Positions 1 to 8,600 of a DNA stretch of 29,007 nt are shown piece by piece. The translations under genes were made by a program, and so were the position numbers. Source of the DNA: Abditibacteriaceae bacterium (GTDB taxonomy: Bacteria > Armatimonadota > Abditibacteriia > Abditibacteriales > Abditibacteriaceae); NCBI GenBank assembly GCA_031372065.1, contig JANMKN010000243.1, positions 1 to 29,007 of the forward strand. The letters run 5' to 3'. Position 1 is the stretch's first letter. Each line of letters opens with the position of its first letter. A model generated the notes under the pieces. That model was not told where the DNA came from. It saw only the letters and a list, made by a program, of their open reading frames with translations, and made no database searches.

Positions 1-876
1 ATCGCGCGCGAGTTCGCGGTATTTGCCCTTGTTTAAGTTTTCGTTGCCCATGCGCGCCACGATTTTTTCGCTTTGCGCGCCGACATATTTTCGATAAATT
101 TCGTCGTCCAAAAGCAAGCGTAAATCGCCGGAATCAATCACATCCATTTGCGTTTTCAGATTGGCCGCGCGCAGTTCGGCATCAATGGCTTTGACGGTGC
201 GCTTGATGTCCTCGTTGTTATAGCGATTGCCTTCCTGCCCGCCTTTCCAATCCCAGCACGGCTCGTTAATCGGGCTGAGATAATCGAAAGCCAAGCCTTC
301 GTTTTGAAAATGCGTCAGCACATCGGCTAAAAATTTCCCGAACGGTTTTTCGTTGCCAAGCGGCAGATTCGTCGAGCCGGTTTTGTCGTCACAATGCGCC
401 ATGCCGTTGGCCGTCAGCCAAACAGGTGGACTGTTGACAAAAGCCAACGTTTTTTCGATGCCGCGCTTTTTGGCGGCGCGCAAAAACCATTGCTGCCCGC
501 TTTGGCGCGACCAATCGTAAGGCGCTTCGGCGCTGTCTTTGAAGCATTCGACGCCGCGCCAGTCGTCCCATAATTTGGCCTTGCCCGGCAAATTGCCGCC
601 CGCGCCGATGTTAAAGCGCCACAGCGAAAGGCCAATGCCTTTTTCTTTGTCGAATAGCAAATCGGCGAGGCGATTTTTCTCGTCTTCGCTCCATTCTTTG
701 CCAATCGGGTTCATGCTCCACGCATCCGAAGCGCCGAAGTTTTCGATGGTTTGCTTGGTCTGCGCGGTGTGAATATGCATCAAAAACGGCGCGTCTTGCG
801 CTTCGATTGCGTTCATAAAAAAGAGGCCGGCCACAGCCAAAAAAGCGAAACAAAGGCAACGATTTATACTTTTCAT
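1..876 (-). CDS. Secreted glycoside hydrolase family 30 protein (partial, runs off the left edge)
   Basis: Manual translation of the minus strand from ATG at 876 stays open to position 1: MKSINRCLCFAFLAVAGLFF (signal-like)...QTIENFGASDAW...GIGLSLWRFNIGAG...YDWSRQSGQQWFL...FVNSPPVWLT...LSPINEPCWDW...GQEG. These match GH30 (clan GH-A) motifs, with NEP as the acid/base. Absent from the ORF track, presumably because it has no stop codon in the window. Confidence 0.85.
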   Translation of the reverse strand, partial: MKSINRCLCFAFLAVAGLFFMNAIEAQDAPFLMHIHTAQTKQTIENFGASDAWSMNPIGKEWSEDEKNRLADLLFDKEKGIGLSLWRFNIGAGGNLPGKAKLWDDWRGVECFKDSAEAPYDWSRQSGQQWFLRAAKKRGIEKTLAFVNSPPVWLTANGMAHCDDKTGSTNLPLGNEKPFGKFLADVLTHFQNEGLAFDYLSPINEPCWDWKGGQEGNRYNNEDIKRTVKAIDAELRAANLKTQMDVIDSGDLRLLLDDEIYRKYVGAQSEKIVARMGNENLNKGKYRELARD

Positions 877-956
877 GTGATTGCCAGTTTAGAGAGAAAC
901 GCCGCGCAAATCGTGGCATTCGATTGGTTTTGCTTGCGCGAAGTGTGCGCGAAGCG

Positions 957-965
957 TGCTATAAT
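957..965 (+). promoter_or_regulatory. Extended -10 element (TG-C-TATAAT) 8 nt before the comM ATG
   Basis: TGCTATAAT at 957-965, ATG at 974, no Shine-Dalgarno between them; suggests a leaderless or very short leader transcript. Confidence 0.6.
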
Positions 966-973
966 TTGGAATC

Positions 974-2500
974 ATGTTAGCTTGTGTAGATGCCTTAGCG
1001 GTTTTGGGCGTGGATGCTTACATTGTCCGCGTCGAAGTAGATGTTTCTTCTAATTTTTCTCAGTTCGCCATTGTTGGTTTGCCCGACGCGGCAGTGCGCG
1101 AATCCAGCGAACGCGTGCGCGCCGCCATGAAAAACTCCGGTTTTACATGGCCGATGCGCCGCATTACGGTGAATTTGGCGCCCGCCGACACTAAAAAGCA
1201 AGGCCCGATTTTCGATTTGCCGATTGCCCTTGGCGTTTTGATGGGCGATGAACAAGTGCAAACGTCGCTGCAAAATTTCGCGGCGATTGGCGAACTCGGT
1301 TTGGATGGCGCGGTGCGTTCGGTATCGGGCGTTTTGCCGATGGCGCTTGGCGCTTTGGCGGCGGGCAAAACCGCGTTTTTAGTGCCCGAACCCAATGCGC
1401 GCGAAGCTGCTGTTGTCGAAGGATTGGCTATTTATCCCGTCAAATCGCTGGCCGATGCTGTGGATTTATTGGTCAATAACAACCGCGCGCCGCTGCCGCA
1501 TCAATTGCCGGAACGCGTTTTGGATAACATTCATGCTGATGTGGATTGGTCAGATGTCAAAGGGCAGGAAACCGTTAAGCGCGCTTTGGAAGTAGCCGCT
1601 TCCGGCGGCCATAACTGCCTTCTTGTGGGCAGCCCCGGCGCGGGGAAAACGCTTCTCGCGCGGCGCTTGCCGACGATTTTGCCGCCGCTGATTTTAGAAG
1701 AAGCGCTCGAAGTGACGAAATTATATTCCGTTGCGGGATTATTGCAAAGCGGGCAAAGTCTCATCACAGAACGGCCTTTTCGCGCGCCACATCACACCGT
1801 TTCGCACGCCGGTTTAGTGGGCGGCGGCAGTTTTCCGCGTCCCGGCGAAATTTCGCTGGCACATCACGGCGTTTTGTTTTTGGACGAACTGCCCGAATTT
1901 CACCGCGATGTTTTAGAAGTCATGCGCCAACCGCTCGAAGACGGCCACGTCACGATTTCGCGCGCTGCACAGTCGCTCAGTTTTCCATCGCGGTTTCAAC
2001 TTATCTCGGCGATGAATCCGTGTCCTTGTGGCTTTCACGGCGATTCGCGCCGCCAATGTGTGTGTTCGCCGCCGCAGATTCGTCGCTATTTAATGCGCAT
2101 TTCGGGGCCGCTTTTAGACCGCATAGATATTCATATCGAAGTGCCGCGACTTTCGCCAAGCGAACTGATGACAAAACAAGTCGGCGAAAGCTCGTTTACT
2201 GTGCGCGAACGTGTGCAACGGGCGCGTGAGCGGCAAGTGGAACGTCTGCACGCCGATGGATTAAGCTGCAACGCGCAAATGGGCGCACGGCATTTGCGGG
2301 CACATTGCCAACTGGATGGCGCCGCGCACGACTTATTAAAAAACGCCATCAATCAACTATCGCTTTCGGCCCGTGCTTATGACCGCATATTAAAGGTGGC
2401 GCGCACTATCGCTGATCTTGATAATTCCGAGACGATTGCTTTGCATCACATCGCGGAATCCATCAATTATCGCACGATGGACAGAAAATTATTTGGCTGA
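974..2500 (+). CDS. comM: YifB/ComM family Mg-chelatase-like AAA+ ATPase (competence helicase ComM)
   Basis: 508 aa: N-terminal IVGLPDAAVRES..RITVNLAPAD, Walker A GSPGAGKT, RPFRAPHH, LAHHGVLFLDE, MNPCPCG Cys motif, ISGPLLDRID, C-terminal LSARAYDRILKVARTIADL. Confidence 0.93.
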   Translation: MLACVDALAVLGVDAYIVRVEVDVSSNFSQFAIVGLPDAAVRESSERVRAAMKNSGFTWPMRRITVNLAPADTKKQGPIFDLPIALGVLMGDEQVQTSLQNFAAIGELGLDGAVRSVSGVLPMALGALAAGKTAFLVPEPNAREAAVVEGLAIYPVKSLADAVDLLVNNNRAPLPHQLPERVLDNIHADVDWSDVKGQETVKRALEVAASGGHNCLLVGSPGAGKTLLARRLPTILPPLILEEALEVTKLYSVAGLLQSGQSLITERPFRAPHHTVSHAGLVGGGSFPRPGEISLAHHGVLFLDELPEFHRDVLEVMRQPLEDGHVTISRAAQSLSFPSRFQLISAMNPCPCGFHGDSRRQCVCSPPQIRRYLMRISGPLLDRIDIHIEVPRLSPSELMTKQVGESSFTVRERVQRARERQVERLHADGLSCNAQMGARHLRAHCQLDGAAHDLLKNAINQLSLSARAYDRILKVARTIADLDNSETIALHHIAESINYRTMDRKLFG

Positions 2501-2614
2501 AATGTGCGGTTCAGCCAAAATCATCCCGATATCATCATTATGCAAGTTCTATGATAAAATTAGTTTGATGGCTCATTCATCGTTGCTAAACCCGTTTAAA
2601 AGACCAGCAAAATT

Positions 2615-5600
2615 ATGAAACTCCAAAAACACGCCGCTTTGTTTATGATCCTGCTTGTTGCTTTGGTAGCAGGCGTTTGCCGTTCTGCTGGGGCTGCTAC
2701 TCTGGAGGCCGATTATCAATTTAATAACACGCGCGCCAGTTCGGTGGGCGTTGCTCCCGACTTGACTGATGTTGGCGCGGGCACCAATAGTTTCGCCACT
2801 GAACCGGTTGATGGTGGGACATTTCCTGTGTTGACATTTCCGCAGAACAACGGCTTGCAAATCTCGCCTACCACCAACACGATCAGCAGCGGCAGTTACT
2901 CGGTTGTGGTGCTGTTCCGTTTTAATGATGTCAGCAGCTATAAGCGCATTATTGACTTCAAAAATGGCACCAGCGATAGAGGGCTTTACAATTATAATGG
3001 CAAGCTGCATTTTTATAGCAGTGCCACCGGTAACACAACAGCCATTGCAGCGGGCACATATGTGCAAGTTGTTTTGACGCGTGACGCGTTGAAAAACGTG
3101 GTGGGCTATCTCAACGGCGTTCAGGAATTTTCCTTTGCCGATACCAGCGACGATGCTGTGATTGATGCCGCTAACACCCTGCGTTTTTTCAAAGATGATG
3201 GCGGTGAGTCCTCCGCCGGGGCTGTGGCGCGCATTCGTTTATTTGATGGGGCGCTGAGTGCCAACGAAGTGGCTGCTTTAGATGGCACGCCCGGTGGTGG
3301 TGGCGGTGGCGCGGCCAATCTGCGCGCCGATTATCAATTACAAAGCACCTACGCCAGTTCGGTTGGCACGCCGCCGAATCTGTCTAACATTACGCAAACC
3401 GGCAACGCAGCCAATGCTTTTATCACCACAACCGTTGACGGCACCACGCGCACGGTTCTGGGTTTTCCTCAAGGAAACGGAGTGATGTTATCCGGCGCAA
3501 CTGGTGTTGTTTCCAGCACCAGTTATTCCATTGTCTTGTTGTGCCGATTAACGGACATTACCGGTTACCGGAGACTGATAGATGTGACCGATGGCACCAG
3601 CGGCGACATCGGTTTTTACAACTATAGCGGCAACTTTCAGCATTTTACGGGAGGTTCCGGCACAAGCACGCCTATAACGCCAAATGCGTGGGTGCAGGTC
3701 GTCTGCACGCGCGATGCCGCTGGAAATGTGGCCGGTTACGTCAATGGCGCGCCGCAGTTTGCTTTTGTTGATAACGCCGGCAATGCCTTGATTGATAACG
3801 CGGTGCGCTTTTTCAACAATCAATCGGGCGGCTATGAAAGCGCGGGCGAAATCGCGCGCATCCGTTTCTACGATGGCGCACTTACCGCCGCTGAAGTAGC
3901 CGCGCTTGACCGGCTTCCGGGCGCCAACACGCCAAGTTTGTTCATCAATGATGTAACGCTCAACGAAGGCAGTGGCGGTTCCGCCACTTTCACGGTGTCG
4001 CTTTCGCCTTCCAGCCAACAGACCATAACTGTCAATTACGCAACGGCCAACGGAACGGCTGTTGCGCCCGGCGATTACACCACCAAAACTGGCACTCTCA
4101 CCTTTGCGCCAGGCATTACAACGCAAACCGTCACAGTCGCGGTGGTGGGCGATACGGCCCTTGAAGCCGACGAAACTTTTAACGTAAATCTTTCTAATGC
4201 CGGGGCAACATTAATTATTGATGCGCAGGGTGTGGGCACGATTGTCAATGATGACCAACTGCCAACGCTTTCCCTCAATAATGTCAGCGTAGCCGAAGGC
4301 AATGCAGGCACGCAAATTCTGAATTTCCCTGTCACTCTTTCGGCAGCCAGCGCACAAACCGTGACCGTGCAATATGCAACGGCCAATGGCACAGCCAATG
4401 CCGGCGATGACTTCGTAGATAAAACTGGCACTCTGACCTTTGCGCCGGGCGTTACCTCACAAAACGTTGCCATTACGATTAATGGCGATACGAATGTTGA
4501 GCCGGACGAAGATTTCACTATTAACCTGACGGCGCCGACCAACGCGGCTATCGCCGACGCTCAAGGCATCGGTATTATCGTCAATGATGACGGTGGAACT
4601 TTGCAATTCAGCACTTCGGTTTACAGTGTCAGCGAAGCGGGCGCTTTGGCGACCATCAGCGTTACACGCACCAGCGGCAGTAGCGGCGCTGTCAGCGTGG
4701 ATTACGCGACGAGTAACGGCACGGCAAGCGCGCCCGGCGATTACACCGCCAAAACCGGCACACTCAACTGGGCCGATGGCGATACCGGGGTCAAAACTTT
4801 TACTGTTCCCATAATTAACGACGGTGTGACGGAGCCTAATGAAACCATTAACTTGACGCTGAGTAATGCGACTGGCGGCGCGGTTCTCGGTATTCCTAAA
4901 ACGGCCACCCTAACCATTATTGATGCGAATCCGGCGGGTTTGCTGCAATTCAGCGCCCCGACTTATAGCGTCAATGAAAGCGGCCCGACTGCTACCATTT
5001 CCGTCACGCGCACAGGCGGCAGCACCGGCGCCATTAGCGTGACTTACGCCACTGCTAATGCAACGGGTAATGGAAGCGCCACAGCGGGCAGCGATTACAG
5101 CGCTAAAACCGGCACTCTTAATTGGGCGGCAGGCGATACAACCGCTAAAACGTTTACGGTTGCCATCACGCAGGATACAGTTGTCGAAGGGCCTGAAACT
5201 CTGAACTTGGCCTTGAGTAGCCCGACCAATGGCGCGACTTTGGATAACGTGAAAAACACCGCGATTCTCACCATTGTGGATGATGAACCGTTGCCGACTA
5301 TCACAGTCAACAACGCTGTTGTTGATGAAGGCGATACCGGCACGACGCCGATGACCTTTACCTTCACTTTGTCCGGCCCTGTAACGCAAAATGTGTTGGT
5401 GGACTTCAAAACGGGCGACACCAATCCGATTTCGGCCACAGCGGGCAACGATTATACAGCGCGGCGTGGCACTCTCACCTTTCCGGCCAATACCCTCATG
5501 CAAACCGTTGTTGTTCAAATCAATGGCGATACCTATCGTGAGCCGGACGAACGCTTCACCATGAACCTTTCCAAGGGTGTCAATGTGAACCTGACCGGAG

Positions 5601-8600
5601 CGGGCGCCAAGACGCAGGGCATTGCGACAATCAGCAACGATGACGCGAACCCGCGCCCATCTATTGTGGGTGGCCCGGTGGTTTTGATGGGCGTGGATAC
5701 AGAAGACGGTGGTGTTGGCGGGCACGGCCCGATTGACAGCTTTGTTTCCGTGGTGAACAGCATTTTGCGCAATATGACCAATGACGGCCAGCGTATTTTG
5801 GTGATCGGTGGCGGCAAGGATGCGGGCGACAATCCAACGACATTCTGGAACGAAATTTCGCTGGATACCGGGCAGGGTGTGACTTATGTCAACGGCGCCG
5901 CTAACATTAGCGCGCAATCCTTCGCGGGCTTTGCCATGATTGCGGTTGTCAGCAGCGAGGGGCAAGTGGGCGGCGGCATTTCTCAGGCAGAAAATGATGC
6001 CTTAGCCGCGCGGCGCACCGATGTAGCAAACTTTGTCAACAGCGGTGGCGGATTGCTTGGCTTCTCGCAGGATGGTTTGGGCAATCCCTACAATTACATT
6101 GATCGTCTGGGCGTTTTTACCGTAAAAACCGGCTTAGGTTATAGCGCTATCACGCCCACGGCAGAAGGCGCGGCCATTGGCATTACCAAGGAAATTACCG
6201 GCCCATGGCATGACGAATATTTGACCTTTCCTAATTTCCTTAGCGTGCTGGCAACCAATGATGAAGATGGCAAGGCCGCAGCCATTGGCGGCAAGTTGGT
6301 GACGATTGGCACTACGCTGAGAGTCAACGATGTGAATGTTGCGGAAGGTGACGCGGGCACCAAAACTTTGACTTTCACCGTGACGCTTTCGGCGCCTACG
6401 GCTGATCCGGTAACAGTCAATTACGCAACGGCCAATGGCGTTGCAGCCAACAACATCGGAGCAGCCACGGCAGGCAGCGATTATGTTGCGAAAACCGGCA
6501 CGCTGACATTTGCTCCGAATGGCCCCTTAACGCAAGCTGTCGCCGTCACCATTAATGGCGATACGATAACCGAACCAGACGAAATCTTTGTGCTTAATCT
6601 ATCGAACGCAACAGGCGCTACAATTGGTGATGATCAAGGCATCGGCACCATCACCAATGACGACAATGTGCAGGCGGGAAGCCTCCAATTCAGCAGCCCG
6701 ACTTATAGCGTGAGCGAAAGCGGCCCGGTTGCCACTTTGTCCGTAACGCGCACCGGAGGCACCGGCGTGGCGGTTGGTGTTTCTTATGCAACAAGCAACG
6801 GAACGGCTGTTGCGCCCGGCGATTACACCACCAAAACCGGCACGCTTTCGTGGGCTATTGGCGATGGCGCTGCCAAAACGATTGCCGTTCCGATCATTGA
6901 TGATGCTCTTATCGAAGGCAACGAAACCTTCAAGGTTACTCTCAGTGCGCCCACCGGCGGTGCCTTAATTGGCACGCCAAATCAGGCCATTGTTACTATC
7001 GCCGACAACGATAGCCCGCCGCCACCAGCAGATGGCGGCCCACTGATTTTGATGGGCATTGATGCCGAAGATGGCGGCCCCGGCAGTCACGGCCCGATTG
7101 CTAACTATGTGGCAGTTGTCAACAGCATCTTGGGCAAAGTGGCAAATGGCGGACAGGGTATTTTAGTCATTGGCGGCGGCAAAAATGCCAGCGACGATGT
7201 GACGGCGTTTTGGAATGCCATTGCAGCCGGAACTGGCAAGCCTGTGACTTATGTCAATGGCGCGACGAACATCAGCGCCCGTTCTTTTGCCGGATTTGCC
7301 ATGATTGCTGTTGTGAGTAGTGCTGCGGAAACTTCCAGCGGTGGTTTGACGCAAGCAGAAAATGATGCTCTGGCAACACGCCGCACCGATGTAGCAACCT
7401 TCGTCAATACTGGCGGCGGTTTGCTGGGCTTCTCGCAAAGTGGCTTTACTACTCCTTATCCTTACATCGAAGGTTTTGGCGTTTTCACATTCAATACCGA
7501 ACTGAGCTATACCGATATCACGCCCACACCTGCCGGGCAAGCCATTGGTATTACGGATGCCTTGGATGTCATCGCATGGCACGATGAATACCTGACTTTT
7601 CCAGCCTTCCTCGGCATTTTAGCCACCAATACTGCTTCGGGTAAACCGGCGGCTATTGGCGGCGCTTCGGTTGTCATCGGCAACGCCATACGCATCAACG
7701 ATGTCAGCACCATCGAAGGCAATCCGCCCTCTGGCGGGGCACCCGGCACCAAAACTCTCAGTTTTACGGCCACGTTATCGCAGGCCAGCACACAGACGAT
7801 AACCGTCAATTACGCAACGGCCAACGGCATCACGAATCCGGCCACAGCGGGCAGTGATTATGTCGCCAAAACCGGCACGCTGACCTTTGCGCCGGGCGTA
7901 ACGACTCGGCCTGTTGCTATCACCATCAACGGTGATACGATTGTCGAACCCAATGAGACGTTCTTTGTGAATTTATCGAATCCTGTTAATGCGACGATTA
8001 GCGACGCACGCGGCATTGGCACGATTACCAACGATGATACGGCCACAGCGGGCACCTTGCAATTTAGCGTGACAGCTTACACCGTGGCCGAAAGCAGCGA
8101 CACCGCGACAATAACAGTCACGCGCACGGGCGGTAGCACTGGCGCGATTGGCGTCACCTACGCCACATCCAACGGCACGGCCACGTCCGGCAGCGATTAT
8201 GTTGCGAAAACCGGCACTTTAAGTTGGGCAACTGGTGATAGCGCATCGAAGACATTCACGATTCAGATTCTTAATGACACGGTTGCAGAAACAGACGAAA
8301 CCATCAACCTTGCGCTGAGTTTGCCAACAGGTGGCGCCACGCTGGGCACGCCCGGCGCCGCACAACTTACCATTCTTGATAACGATAGCGCGCCGGTTTG
8401 CTCCAATGTCTTCACCGATTCAACTTTAGAAGCTGCCGCGCCGAATCCGGCTTGGACGATTCAAACTTCGACGGCCTTTGGCACCCCCATTTGCGATGGC
8501 GCTTGTGGAGATGGAGGTGGAGCCGCAGGCCCCCAAAGTGGCATCAAATGGGCTTGGTTTGGCGGCACCGACGCGGCGGAAATCAGCACTTTAGGCCGCA

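Noticed and set aside
455..485. Possible frameshift at a homopolymer in the GH30 gene
   Set aside because: Counting bases shows the frame is continuous (R-A-A-K-K-R-G).
148..1053. Several short ORFs from the track at the left edge
   Set aside because: They overlap the GH30 frame (1-876, minus) or comM in other frames and have no recognisable motifs.
3293..3310. GGT/GGC run as a possible phase-variable repeat
   Set aside because: In-frame poly-Gly linker with mixed codons between the two LamG-like domains.
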